From NCBI GenBank assembly GCA_032718475.1, contig JAUCBJ010007236.1:39737-103736 (forward strand): a stretch of 64,000 bases of DNA, given 5' to 3'. Below, piece after piece: positions 30,001-44,494 of the stretch. Source of the DNA: Nemertoderma westbladi (taxonomy: Eukaryota; Animalia; Xenacoelomorpha). Numbering within the stretch: position 1 is the first letter of the stretch; every line of letters begins with the position of its first letter. The translations under genes and the position numbers were made by a program. Below the pieces are notes generated by a model. That model ran no database searches. It saw nothing but the letters and a program-made list of their open reading frames with translations, and was not told the DNA's origin.

Positions 30001-33000
30001 TATTTATTCTCCACCCTGGTTCCCTACCTCGGTATTTATTCTCCTTCGTGGTTCCCTACCTCGGTATTTATTCTCCACTCTGGTTCCCTACCTCGGTATT
30101 TATTCTCCTACGTGGTTCCCTACCTCGGTATTTATTCTCCACTCCTGGTTCCCTACCTCGGTATTTATTCTCCTTCGTGGTTCCCTACCTCGGTATTTAT
30201 TCTCCACTCTGGTTCCCTACCTCGGTATTTATTCTCCTACGTGGTTCCCTACCTCGGTATTTATTCTCCACTCCTGGTTCCCTACCTCGGTATTTATTCT
30301 CCTACGTGGTTCCCTACCTCGGTATTTATTCTCCACTCCTGGTTCCCTACCTCGGTATTTATTCTCCTTCGTGGTTCCCTACCTCGGTATTTATTCTCCA
30401 CTCCTGGTTCCCTACCTCGGTATTTATTCTCCTACGTGGTTCCCTACCTCGGTATTTATTCTCCTTCGTGGTTCCCTACCTCGGTATTTATTCTCCACCC
30501 TGGTTCCCTACCTCGGTATTTATTCTCCACCCTGGTTCCCTACCTCGGTAGTTATTCTCCACCCTGGTTCCCTACCTCGGTATTTATTCTCCACCCTGGT
30601 TCCCTACCTCGGTATTTATTCTCCACCCTGGTTCCCTACCTCGGTATTTATTCTCCACTCCTGGTTCCCTACCTCGGTATTTATTCTCCACTCCTGGTTC
30701 CCTACCTCGGTATTTATTCTCCACCCTGGTTCCCTACCTCGATATTTATTCTCCACCCTGGTTCCCTACCTCGGTATTTATTCTCCTTCGTGGTTCCCTA
30801 CCTCGGTATTTATTCTCCACTCCTGGTTCCCTACCTCGGTATTTATTCTCCTACGTGGTTCCCTACCTCGGTATTTATTCTCCACTCATGGTTCCCTACC
30901 TCGGTATTTATTCTCCACTCCTGGTTCCCTACCTCGGTATTTATTCTCCACTCCTGGTTCCCTACCTCGGTATTTATTCTCCACCCTGGTTCCCTACCTC
31001 GATATTTATTCTCCACCCTGGTTCCCTACCTCGGTATTTATTCTCCACCCTGGTTCCCTACCTCGGTATTTATTCTCCACTCCTGGTTCCCTCCTACCTC
31101 GGTATTTATTCTCCACTCCTGGTTCCCTACCTCGGTATTTATTCTCCTACGTGGTTCCCTACCTCGGTATTTATTCTCCACTCATGGTTCCCTACCTCGG
31201 TATTTATTCTCCACTCCTGGTTCCCTACCTCGGTATTTATTCTCCACTCCTGGTTCCCTACCTCGGTATTTATTCTCCACCCTGGTTCCCTACCTCGATA
31301 TTTATTCTCCACCCTGGTTCCCTACCTCGGTATTTATTCTCCACCCTGGTTCCCTACCTCGGTATTTATTCTCCACTCCTGGTTCCCTCCTACCTCGGTA
31401 TTTATTCTCCACTCCTGGTTCCCTACCTCGGTATTTATTCTCCTACGTGGTTCCCTACCTCGGTATTTATTCTCCACCCTGGTTCCCTACCTCGGTATTT
31501 ATTCTCCACTCCTGGTTCCCTACCTCGGTATTTATTCTCCTACGTGGTTCCCTACCTCGGTATTTATTCTCCACTCATGGTTCCCTACCTCGGTATTTAT
31601 TCTCCACTCCTGGTTCCCTCCTACCTCGGTATTTATTCTCCACTCCTGATTCCCTCCTACCTCGGTATTTATTCTCCACCCTGGTTCCCTACCTCGGTAT
31701 TTATTCTCCACCCTGGTTCCCTACCTCGGTATTTATTCTCCACCCTGGTTCCCTACCTCGGTATTTATTCTCCACTCCTGGTTCCCTACCTCGGTATTTA
31801 TTCTCCACTCCTGGTTCCCTACCTCGGTATTTATTCTCCACCCTGGTTCCCTACCTCGATATTTATTCTCCACCCTGGTTCCCTACCTCGGTATTTATTC
31901 TCCACTCCTGGTTCCCTACCTCGGTATTTATTCTCCACCCTGGTTCCCTACCTCGATATTTATTCTCCACCCTGGTTCCCTACCTCGGTATTTATTCTCC
32001 ACCCTGGTTCCCTACCTCGGTATTTATTCTCCACTCCTGGTTCCCTACCTCGGTATTTATTCTCCTTCGTGGTTCCCTACCTCGGTATTTATTCTCCACT
32101 CCTGGTTCCCTACCTCGGTATTTATTCTCCTACGTGGTTCCCTACCTCGGTATTTATTCTCCACTCATGGTTCCCTACCTCGGTATTTATTCTCCACTCC
32201 TGGTTCCCTACCTCGGTATTTATTCTCCACTCCTGGTTCCCTACCTCGGTATTTATTCTCCACCCTGGTTCCCTACCTCGATATTTATTCTCCACCCTGG
32301 TTCCCTACCTCGGTATTTATTCTCCACCCTGGTTCCCTACCTCGGTATTTATTCTCCACTCCTGGTTCCCTCCTACCTCGGTATTTATTCTCCACTCTGG
32401 TTCCCTACCTCGGTATTTATTCTCCACCCTGGTTCCCTACCTCGGTATTTATTCTCCTACGTGGTTCCCTACCTCGGTATTTATTCTCCACCCTGGTTCC
32501 CTACCTCGGTATTTATTCTCCACCCTGGTTCCCTACCTCGGTATTAATTCTCCACACATGGTTCCCTACCTCGGTATTTATTCTCCACCCTGGTTCCCTA
32601 CCTCGGTATTTATTCTCCACTCCTGGTTCCCTACCTCGGTATTTATTCTCCACACATGGTTCCCTACCTCGGTATTTATTCTCCACCCTGGTTCCCTACC
32701 TCGGTATTTATTCTCCACTCCTGGTTCCCTACCTCGGTATTTATTCTCCACTCCTGGTTCCCTACCTCGGTATTTATTCTCCACACATGGTTCCCTACCT
32801 CGGTATTTATTCTCCACCCTGGTTCCCTACCTCGGTATTTATTCTCCACTCCTGGTTCCCTACCTCGGTATTTATTCTCCACTCCTGGTTCCCTACCTCG
32901 GTATTTATTCTCCACCCTGGTTCCCTACCTCGGTATTTATTCTCCACTCCTGGTTCCCTACCTCGGTATTTATTCTCCACCCTGGTTCCCTACCTCGGTA

Positions 33001-36000
33001 TTTATTCTCCACCCTGGTTCCCTACCTCGGTATTTATTCTCCACTCCTGGTTCCCTACCTCGGTATTTATTCTCCACCCTGGTTCCCTACCTCGGTATTT
33101 ATTCTCCACACATGGTTCCCTACCTCGGTATTTATTCTCCACCCTGGTTCCCTACCTCGGTATTTATTCTCCACTCCTGGTTCCCTACCTCGGTATTTAT
33201 TCTCCACTCCTGGTTCCCTACCTCGGTATTTATTCTCCACCCTGGTTCCCTACCTCGGTATTTATTCTCCACTCCTGGTTCCCTACCTCGGTATTTATTC
33301 TCCACTCTGGTGCCCTACCTCGGTATTTATTCTCCTACGTGGTTCCCTACCTCGGTATTTATTCTCCTACCTGGTTCCCTACCTCGGTATTTATTCTCCA
33401 CCCTGGTTCCCTACCTCGGTATTTATTCTACACTTCTGTTTCCCTACCTCGGTATTTATTCTCCACTCCTGGTTCCCTACCTCGGTATTTATTCTCCACT
33501 CTGGTTCCCTACCTCGGTATTTATTCTCCACTCCTGGTTCCCTACCTCGGTATTTATTCTCCTACGTGGTTCCCTACCTCGGTATTTATTCTCCACTCTG
33601 GTTCCCTACCTCGGTATTTATTCTCCACTCCTGGTTCCCTACCTCGGTATTTATTCTCCACTCCTGGTTCCCTACCTCGGTATTTATTCTCCACCCTGGT
33701 TCCCTACCTCGGTATTTATTCTCCACCCTGGTTCCCTACCTCGGTATTTATTCTCCTTCGTGGTTCCCTACCTCGGTATTTATTCTCCACTTCTGGTTCC
33801 CTACCTCGGTATTTATTCTCCACTCCTGGTTCCCTACCTCGGTATTTATTCTCCACCCTGGTTCCCTACCTCGGTATTTATTCTCCACCCTGGTTCCCTA
33901 CCTCGGTATTTATTCTCCACTCCTGGTTCCCTCCTACCTCGGTATTTATTCTCCACTCTGGTTCCCTACCTCGGTATTTATTCTCCACCCTGGTTCCCTA
34001 CCTCGGTATTTATTCTCCTTCGTGGTTCCCTACCTCGGTATTTATTCTCCACCCTGGGTTCCCTACCTCGGTATTTATTCTCCACTCCTGGTTCCCTACC
34101 TCGGTATTTATTCTCCACTCTGGTTCCCTACCTCGGTATTTATTCTCCACCCTGGTTCCCTACCTCGGTATTTATTCTCCACTCCTGGTTCCCTACCTCG
34201 GTATTTATTCTCCACTCCTGGTTCCCTACCTCGGTATTTATTCTCCACTCCTGGTTCCCTACCTCGGTATTTATTCTCCTACCTGGTTCCCTACCTCGGT
34301 ATTTATTCTCCACTCCTGGTTCCCTACCACGGTATTTATTATCCACCCTGGTTCCCTACCTCGGTATTTATTCTCCACTCCTGGTTCCCTACCACGGTAT
34401 TTATTATCCACCCTGGTTCCCTACCTCGGTATTTATTCTCCACTCATGGTTCCCTACCTCGGTATTTATTCTCCACCCTGGTTCCCTACCTCGGTATTTA
34501 TTCTCCACCCTGGTTCCCTACCTCGGTATTTATTCTCCACCTTGGTTCCCTACCTCGATATTTATTCTCCACTCTGGTTCCCTACCTCGATATTTATTCT
34601 CCACTCTGGTTCCCTACCTCGGTATTTATTCTCCACCCTGGTTCCCTACCTCGGTATTTATTCTCCACTCCTGGTTCCCTACCTCGGTATTTATTCTCCA
34701 CTCTGGTTCCCTACCTCGGTATTTATTCTCCACCCTGGTTCCCTACCTCGGTATTTATTCTCCACCCTGGTTCCCTACCTCGGTATTTACTCCCCACCCT
34801 GGTTCCCTACCTCGGTATTTATTCTCCTACGTGGTTCCCTACCTCGGTATTTATTCTCCACTCCTGGTTCCCTACCTCGGTATTTATTCTCCACTCATGG
34901 TTCCCTACCTCGGTATTTATTCTCCACTCCTGGTTCCCTACCTCGGTATTTATTCTCCACCCTGGTTCCCTACCTCGGTATTTATTCTGCACTCCTGGTT
35001 CCCTACCTCGGTATTTATTCTCCTACGTGGTTCTCTACCTCGGTATTTATTCTCCACTCCTGGTTCCCTACCTCGGTATTTATTCTCCTTCGTGGTTCCC
35101 TACCTCGGTATTTATTCTCCTTCGTGGTTCCCTACCTCGGTATTTATTCTCCACTCCTGGTTCCCTACCTCGGTATTTATTCTCCTACGTGGTTCCCTAC
35201 CTCGGTATTTATTCTCCACCCTGGTTCCCTACCTCGGTATTTATTCTCCACTCTGGTTCCCTACCTCGGTATTTATTCTCCACTCCTGGTTCCCTACCTC
35301 GGTATTTATTCTCCACTCCTGGTTCCCTACCTCGGTATTTATTCTCCACTCATGGTTCCCTACCTCGGTATTTATTCTCCACTCCTGGTTCCCTACCTCG
35401 GTATTTATTCTCCACCCTGGTTCCCTACCTCGGTATTTATTCTGCACTCATGGTTCCCTACCTCGGTATTTATTCTCCACTCATGGTTCCCTACCTCGGT
35501 ATTTATTCTCCACCCTGGTTCCCTACCTCGGTATTTATTCTCCACCCTGGTTCCCTACCTCGGTATTTATTCTCCACTCCTGGTTCCCTACCTCGGTATT
35601 TATTCTCCACTCATGGTTCCCTACCTCGGTATTTATTCTCCACTCCTGGTTCCCTACCTCGGTATTTATTCTCCACCCTGGTTCCCTACCTCGGTATTTA
35701 TTCTGCACTCATGGTTCCCTACCTCGGTATTTATTCTCCACTCATGGTTCCCTACCTCGGTATTTATTCTCCACCCTGGTTCCCTACCTCGGTATTTATT
35801 CTCCACTCATGGTTCCCTACCTCGGTATTTATTCTCCACCCTGGTTCCCTACCTCGGTATTTATTCTCCTACGTGGTTCCCTACCTCGGTATTTATTCTC
35901 CACTCATGGTTCCCTACCTCGGTATTTATTCTCCACCCTGGTTCCCTACCTCGGTATTTATTCTCCACTCATGGTTCCCTACCTCGGTATTTATTCTCCA

Positions 36001-39000
36001 CCCTGGTTCCCTACCTCGGTATTTATTCTCCTACGTGGTTCCCTACCTCGGTATTTATTCTCCACTCCTGGTTCCCTACCTCGGTATTTATTCTCCACCC
36101 TGGTTCCCTACCTCGGTATTTATTCTGCACTCCTGGTTCCCTACCTCGGTATTTATTCTCCTACGTGGTTCCCTACCTCGGTATTTATTCTCCACTCCTG
36201 GTTCCCTACCTCGGTATTTATTCTCCACCCTGGTTCCCTACCTCGGTATTTATTCTGCACTCCTGGTTCCCTACCTCGGTATTTATTCTCCTACGTGGTT
36301 CCCTACCTCGGTATTTATTCTCCACTCCTGGTTCCCTACCTCGGTATTTATTCTCCACTCATGGTTCCCTACCTCGGTATTTATTCTCCACTCCTGGTTC
36401 CCTACCTCGGTATTTATTCTCCACCCTGGTTCCCTACCTCGGTATTTATTCTCCACCCTGGTTCCCTACCTCGGTATTTATTCTCCACTCTGGTTCCCTA
36501 CCTCGGTATTTATTCTCCACCCTGGTTCCCTACCTCGGTATTTATTCTCCTACGTGGTTCCCTACCTCGGTATTTATTCTCCACCCTGGTTCTCTACCTC
36601 GGTATTTATTCTCCACCCTGGTTCCCTACCTCGGTATTTATTCTCCACTTTGGTTCCCTACCTCGGTATTTATTCTCCACCCTGGTTCCCTACCTCGGTA
36701 TTTATTCTCCTACGTGGTTCCCTACCTCGGTATTTATTCTCCACTTTGGTTCCCTACCTCGGTATTTATTCTCCACCCTGGTTCCCTACCTCGGTATTTA
36801 TTCTCCACTCTGGTTCCCTACCTCGGTAATTATTCTCCACCCTGGTTCCCTACCTCGGTATTTATTCTCCACCCTGGTTCCCTCCTACCTCGGTATTTAT
36901 TCTCCACCCTGGTTCCCTACCTCGGTATTTATTCTCCACTCCTGGTTCCCTACCTCGGTATTTATTCTCCACCCTGGTTCCCTACCTCGGTATTTATTCT
37001 CCACTCTGGTTCCCTACCTCGGTATTTATTCTCCACCCTGGTTCCCTACCTCGGTATTTATTCTCCACACCTGGTTCCCTACCTCGGTATTTATTCTCCA
37101 CTCTGGTTCCCTACCTCGGTATTTATTCTCCACCCTGGTTCCCTACACCTCGGTATTTACTCTCCACCCTGGTTCCCTACCTCGGTATTTATTCTCCTAC
37201 GTGGTTCCCTACCTCGGTATTTATTCTCCACCCTGGTTCCCTACACCTCGGTATTTACTCTCCACCCTGGTTCCCTACCTCGGTATTTATTCTCCTACGT
37301 GGTTCCCTACCTCGGTATTTATTCTCCACCCTGGTTCCCTACCTCGGTATTTATTCTCCTACGTGGTTCCCTACCTCGGTATTTATTCTCCACTCCTGGT
37401 TCCCTACCTCGGTATCTATTCTCCACCCTGGTTCCCTACCTCGGTATTTATTCTCCTACGTGGTTCCCTACCTCGGTATTTATTCTCCTACGTGGTTCCC
37501 TACCTCGGTATTTATTCTCCACCCTGGTTCCCTACCTCGGTATTTATTCTCCACCCTGGTTCCCTACCTCGGTATTTATTCTCCACTCTGGTTCCCTACC
37601 TCGGTATTTATTCTCCACTCTGGTTCCCTACCTCGGTATTTATTCTCCTACGTGGTTCCCTACCTCGGTATTTATTCTCCACCCTGGTTCCCTACCTCGG
37701 TATTTATTCTCCACACCTGGTTCCCTACCTCGGTATTTATTCTCCACTCTGGTTCCCTACCTCGGTATTTATTCTCCACCCTGGTTCCCTACACCTCGGT
37801 ATTTACTCTCCACCCTGGTTCCCTACCTCGGTATTTATTCTCCTACGTGGTTCCCTACCTCGGTATTTATTCTCCACCCTGGTTCCCTACCTCGGTATTT
37901 ATTCTCCACCCTGGTTCCCTACCTCGGTATTTATTCTCCACTCTGGTTCCCTACCTCGGTATTTATTCTCCACCCTGGTTCCCTACCTCGGTATTTATTC
38001 TCCACACCTGGTTCCCTACCTCGGTATTTATTCTCCACTCTGGTTCCCTACCTCGGTATTTATTCTCCACCCTGGTTCCCTACACCTCGGTATTTACTCT
38101 CCACCCTGGTTCCCTACCTCGGTATTTATTCTCCTACGTGGTTCCCTACCTCGGTATTTATTCTCCACCCTGGTTCCCTACCTCGGTATTTATTCTCCAC
38201 CCTGGTTCCCTACCTCGGTATTTATTCTCCACCCTGGTTCCCTACCTCGGTATTTATTCTCCACCCTGGTTCCCTACCTCGGTATTTATTCTCCACTCCT
38301 GGTTCCCTCCTACCTCGGTATTTATTCTCCACCCTGGTTCCCTACCTCGGTATTTATTCTCCACCCTGGTTCCCTGCCTCGGTATTTATTCTCCACCCTG
38401 GTTCCCTACCTCGGTATTTATTCTCCACCCTGGTTCCCTACCTCGGTATTTATTCTCCACTCCTGGTTCCCTCCTACCTCGGTATTTATTCTCCACCCTG
38501 GTTCCCTACCTCGGTATTTATTCTCCACCCTCGTTCCCTACCTCGGTATTTATTCTCCACCCTGGTTCCCTACCTCGGTATTTATTCTCCTACGTGGTTC
38601 CCTACCTCGGTATTTATTCTCCACTCCTGGTTCCCTACCTCGGTATTTATTCTCCACTCTGGTTCCCTACCTCGGTATTTATTCTCCACTCCTGGTTCCC
38701 TACCTCGGTATTTATTCTCCACTCCTGGTTCCCTACCTCGGTATTTATTCTCCTACGTGGTTCCCTACCTCGGTATTTATTCTCCACCCTGGTTCCCTAC
38801 CTCGGTATTTATTCTCCACCCTGGTTCCCTACCTCGGTATTTATTCTCCACCCTGGTTCCCTACCTCGGTATTTATTCTCCACTCCTGGGTCCCTACCTC
38901 GGTATTTATTCTCCACCCTGGTTCCCTACCTCGGTATTTATTCTCCACTCCTGGTTCCCTACCTCGGTATTTATTCTCCACTCCTGGTTCCCTACCTCGG

Positions 39001-42000
39001 TATTTATTCTCCACTCTGGTTCCCTACCTCGGTATTTATTCTCCACTCTGGTTCCCTACCTCGGTATTTATTCTCCACCCTGGTTCCCTGCCTCGGTATT
39101 TATTCTCCACTCCTGGTTCCCTACCTCGGTATTTATTCTCCACTCCTGGTTCCCTACCTCGGTATTTATTCTCCACTCCTGGTGCCCTACCTCGGTATTT
39201 ATTCTCCACTCCTGGTGCCCTACCTCGGTATTTATTCTCCACCCTGGTTCCCTACCTCGGTATTTATTCTCCACTCTGGTTCCCTACCTCGGTATTTATT
39301 CTCCACCCTGGTTCCCTACCTCGGTATTTATTCTCCACTCCTGGTTCCCTACCTCGGTATTTATTCTCCACTCCTGGTTCCCTACCTCGGTATTTATTCT
39401 CCACTCCTGGTTCCCTACCTCGGTATTTATTCTCCACTCCTGGTTCCCTACCTCGGTATTTATTCTCCACTCCTGGTTCCCTACCTCGGTATTTATTCTC
39501 CACTCTGGTTCCCTACCTCGGTATTTATTCTCCACTCTGGTTCCCTACCTCGGTATTTATTCTCCACTCCTGGTTCCCTACCTCGGTATTTATTCTCCAC
39601 TCTGGTTCCCTACCTCGGTATTTATTCTCCACCCTGGTTCCCTACCTCGGTATTTATTCTCCACCCTGGTTCCCTCCTACCTCGGTATTTATTCTCCACT
39701 CCTGGTTCCCTACCTCGGTATTTATTCTCCACTCCTGGTTCCCTACCTCGGTATTTATTCTCCACCCTGGTTCCCTACCTCGGTATTTATTCCCCACCCT
39801 GGTTCCCTACCTCGGTATTTATTCTCCACTCCTGGTTCCCTACCACGGTATTTATTCTCCACCCTGGTTCCCTACCACGGTATTTATTCTCCACTCCTGG
39901 TTCCCTACCTCGGTATTTATTCTCCACTCCTGGTTCCTTACCTCGGTATTTATTCTCCACTCCTGGTTCCTTACCTCGGTATTTATTCTCCACCCTGGTT
40001 CCCTACCACGGTATTTATTCTCCACCCTGGTTCCCTACCTCGGTATTTATTCTCCACCCTGGTTCCCTACCACGGTATTTATTCTCCACCCTGGTTCCCT
40101 ACCTCGGTATTTATTCTCCACCCTGGTTCCCTACCTCGGTATTTATTCTCCACTCTGGTTCCCTACCTCGATATTTATTCTCCACTCTGGTTCCCTACCT
40201 CGGTATTTATTCTCCACCCTGGTTCCCTACACCTCGGTATTTATTCTCCACCCTGGTTCCCTACCTCGGTATTTATTCTCCATTCCTGGTTCCCTGTCTC
40301 GGTATTTATTCTCCACTCCTGGTTCCCTCCTACCTCGGTATTTATTCTCCACCCTGGTTCCCTACCTCGGTATTTATTCTCCACCCTGGTTCCCTATCTC
40401 GGTATTTATTCTCCACCCTGGTTCCCTCCTACCTCGGTATTTATTCTCCACCCTGGTTCCCTACCTCGGTATTTATTCTCCACCCTGGTTCCCTACCTCG
40501 GTATTTATTCTCCACCCTGGTTCCCTACCTCGGTATTTATTCTCCACTCTGGTTCCCTACCTCGGTATTTATTCTCCACTCTGGTTCCCTACCTCGATAT
40601 TTATTCTCCACTCTGGTTCCCTACCTCGGTATTTATTCTCCACCCTGGTTCCCTACCTCGGTATTTATTCTCCACTCTGGTTCCCTACCTCGGTATTTAT
40701 TCTCCACTCTGGTTCCCTACCTCGGTATTTATTCTCCACCCTGGTTCCCTACCTCGGTATTTATTCCCCACCCTGGTTCCCTACCTCGGTATTTATTCTC
40801 CACTCCTGGTTCCCTACCTCGGTATTTATTCTCCACCCTGGTTCCCTATCTCGGTATTTATTCTCCACCCTGGTTCCCTACCTCGGTATTTATTCTCCAC
40901 CCTGGTTCCCTACCTCGGTATTTATTCTCCACCCTGGTTCCCTACCTCGGTATTTATTCTCCACTCATGGTTCCCTACACCTCGGTATTTATTCTCCACC
41001 CTGGTTCCCTACCTCGGTATTTATTCTCCATTCCTGGTTCCCTGTCTCGGTATTTATTCTCCACTCCTGGTTCCCTCCTACCTCGGTATTTATTCTCCAC
41101 CCTGGTTCCCTACCTCGGTATTTATTCTCCACCCTGGTTCCCTACCTCAGTATTTATTCTCCACTCTGGTTCCCTACCTCGGTATTTATTCTCCACTCCT
41201 GGTTCCCTACCTCGGTATTTATTCTCCACCCTCGTTCCCTACCTCGGTATTTATTCTCCACTCCTGGTTCCCTACCTCGGTATTTATTCTCCACTCCTGG
41301 TTCCCTACCTCGGTATTTATTCTCCTACCTGGTTCCCTACCTCGGTATGGTATTTATTCTCCACCCTCGTTCCCTACCTCGGTATTTATTCTCCACCCTG
41401 GTTCCCTACCTCGGTATTTATTCTCCACCCTGGTTCCCTACCTCGGTATTTATTCTCCACCCTGGTTCCCTACCTCAGTATTTATTCTCCACTCTGGTTC
41501 CCTACCTCGGTATTTATTCTCCACCCTGGTTCCCTACCTCGGTATTTATTCTCCACTCCTGGTTCCCTACCTCGGTATTTATTCTCCACTCATGGTTCCC
41601 TCCTACCTCGGTATTTATTCTCCACTCATGGTTCCCTACCTCGGTATTTATTCTCCTACCTGGTTCCCTACCTCGGTATGGTATTTATTCTCCACCCTCG
41701 TTCCCTACCTCGGTATTTATTCTCCACCCTGGTTCCCTACCTCGGTATTTATTCTCCTACCTGGTTCCCTACCTCGGTATTTATTCTCCACTCCTGGTTC
41801 CCTACCTCGGTATTTATTCTCCACCCTCGTTCCCTACCTCGGTATTTATTCTCCACTCCTGGTTCCCTACCTCGGTATTTATTCTCCACTCCTGGTTCCC
41901 TACCTCGGTATTTATTCTCCACCCTGGTTCTCTACCTCGGTATTTATTCTCCACTCCTGGTTCCCTACCTCGGTATTTATTCTCCACCCTCGTTCCCTAC

Positions 42001-44494
42001 CTCGGTATTTATTATCCACTCCTGGTTCCCTACCTCGGTATTTATTCTCCACTCCTGGTTCCCTACCTCGGTATTTATTCTCCTACCTTGTTCCCTACCT
42101 CGGTATTTATTCTCCACTCCTGGTTCCCTACCTCGGTATTTATTCTCCACTCCTGGTTCCCTACCTCGGTATTTATTCTCCACCCTGGTTCCCTACCTCG
42201 GTATTTATTCTCCTACGTGGTTCCCTACCTCGGTATTTATTCTCCACTCCTGGTTCCCTACCTCGGTATTTATTCTCCACTCCTGGTTCCCTACCTCGGT
42301 ATTTACTCTCCACCCTGGTTCCCTACCTCGGTATTTATTCTCCACCCTGGTTCTCTACCTCGGTATTTATTCTCCACTCCTGGTTCCCTACCTCGGTATT
42401 TATTCTCCACCCTCGTTCCCTACCTCGGTATTTATTCTCCACTCCTGGTTCCCTACCTCGGTATTTATTCTCCACTCCTGGTTCCCTACCTCGGTATTTC
42501 TTCTCCTACCTGGTTCCCTACCTCGGTATTTATTCTCCACTCCTGGTTCCCTACCTCGGTATGGTATTTATTCTCCACCCTCGTTCCCTACCTCGGTATT
42601 TATTCTCCACCCTGGTTCCCTACCTCGGTATTTATTCTCCTACCTGGTTCCCTACCTCGGTATTTATTCTCCACTCCTGGTTCCCTACCTCGGTATGGTA
42701 TTTATTCTCCACCCTCGTTCCCTACCTCGGTATTTATTCTCCTACCTGGTTCCCTACCTCGGTATGGTATTTATTCTCCACCCTGGTTCCCTACCTCGGT
42801 ATGGTATTTATTCTCCACTCTGGTTCCCTACCTCGGTATTTATTCTCCTCTCCTGGTTCCCTACCTCGGTATCTATTCTCCACCCTGGTTCCCTACCTCG
42901 GTATTTATTCCCCACCCTGGTTCCCTACCTCGGTATTTATTCTCCACCCTGGTTCCCTACCTCGGTATTTATTCTCCACTCCTGGTTCCCTACCTCGGTA
43001 TTTATTCTCCACTCCTGGTTCCCTCCTACCTCGGTATTTATTCTCCACCCTGGTTCCCTCCTACCTCGGTATTTATTCTCCACTCTGGTTCCCTACCTCG
43101 GTATCTATTCTCCACCCTGGTTCTCTACCTCGGTATTTATTCCCCACCCTGGTTCCCTACCTCGGTATTTATTCTCCACTCCTGGTTCCCTACCTCGGTA
43201 TTTATTCTCCACTCCTGGTTCCCTACCTCGGTATTTACTCTCCATCCTGGTTCCCTCCTACCTCGGTATTTACTCCCCACCCTGGTTCTCTACCTCGGTA
43301 TTTATTCCCCACCCTCGTTCCCTACCTCGGTATTTATTCTCCACTCCTGGTTCCCTACCTCGGTATTTATTCTCCACTCCTGGTTCCCTACCTCGGTATT
43401 TACTCTCCATCCTGGTTCCCTCCTACCTCGGTATTTACTCCCCACCCTGGTTCCCTACCTCGGTATTTATTCTCCACCCTGGTTCCCTACCTCGGTATTT
43501 ATTCTCCTACCTGGTTCCCTACCTCGGTATTTATTCTCCACCCTGGTTCCCTACCTCGGTATTTATTCTCCACCCTGGTTCCCTACCTCGGTATTTATTC
43601 TCCACCCTGGTTCCCTACCTCGGTATTTATTCTCCACCCTGGTTCCCTACCTCGGTATTTATTCTCCACCCTGGTTCCCTACCTCGGTATTTATTCTCCA
43701 CCCTGGTTCCCTACCTCGGTATTTATTCTCCACCCTGGTTCCCTACCTCGGTATTTATTCTCCACCCTGGTTCCCTACCTCGGTATTTATTCTCCACCCT
43801 GGTTCCCTACCTCGGTATTTATTCTCCACCCTGGTTCCCTCCTACCTCGGTATTTATTATCCACCCTGCTGGTTCCCTACCTCGGTATTTATTCTCCACC
43901 CTGGTTCCCTACCTCGGTATTTATTCTCCACTCCTGGTTCCCTACCTCGGTATTTATCCTCCACCCTGGTTCCCTACCTCGGTATTTATTCTCCACCCTG
44001 GTTCCCTACCTCGGTATTTATTCTCCTACCTGGTTCCCTACCTCGGTATTTATTCTCCACCCTGGTTCCCTACCTCGGTATTCATTCTCCACCCTGGTTC
44101 CCTGCCTCGGTATTTATTCTCCACTCCTGGTTCCCTCCTACCTCGGTATTTATTCTCCACTCTGGTTCCCTACCTCGGTATTTATTCTCCACTCCTGGTT
44201 CCCTACCTCGGTATTTATTCTCCACCCTGGTTCCCTACCTCGGTATTTATTCTCCACCCTGGTTCCCTACCTCGGTATTTATTCTCCACCCTGGTTCCCT
44301 ACCTCGGTATTTATTCTCCACTCTGGTTCCCTACCTCGGTATTTATTCTCCACTCCTGGTTCCCTACCTCGGTATTTATTCTCCACTCCTGGTTCCCTAC
44401 CTCGGTATTAATTCTCCACCCTGGTTCCCTGCCTCGGTATTTATTCTCCACCTTGGTTCCCTACCTCGGTATTAATTCTCCACTCCTGGTTCCC
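1..44494. repeat. Satellite array 1, 32/33-bp unit (+ strand GGTTCCCTACCTCGGTATTTATTCTCCAC[C/T/TC]CT), roughly 1,370 copies, continues past the left edge
   Basis: Uninterrupted tandem repeat with variants such as CCTACGTGG, CCTTCGTGG, CACTCATGG and a CCCTCCTAC 3-bp insertion. The copy number is estimated from length divided by unit size. The last unit overlaps the coding exon at 44465-44494. Confidence 0.99.

Noticed and set aside
1-44464. Recursive-splicing (AG|GT) sites in array 1
   Set aside because: Each unit has AG|GT, but the sense strand is purine-rich with no polypyrimidine tract, so it lacks a credible acceptor.
1-44494. CRISPR-like appearance (about 30-bp direct repeats)
   Set aside because: The repeats are head-to-tail with only a few variable bases and no unique spacers. 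There are no cas genes, and the context is spliceosomal and eukaryotic.
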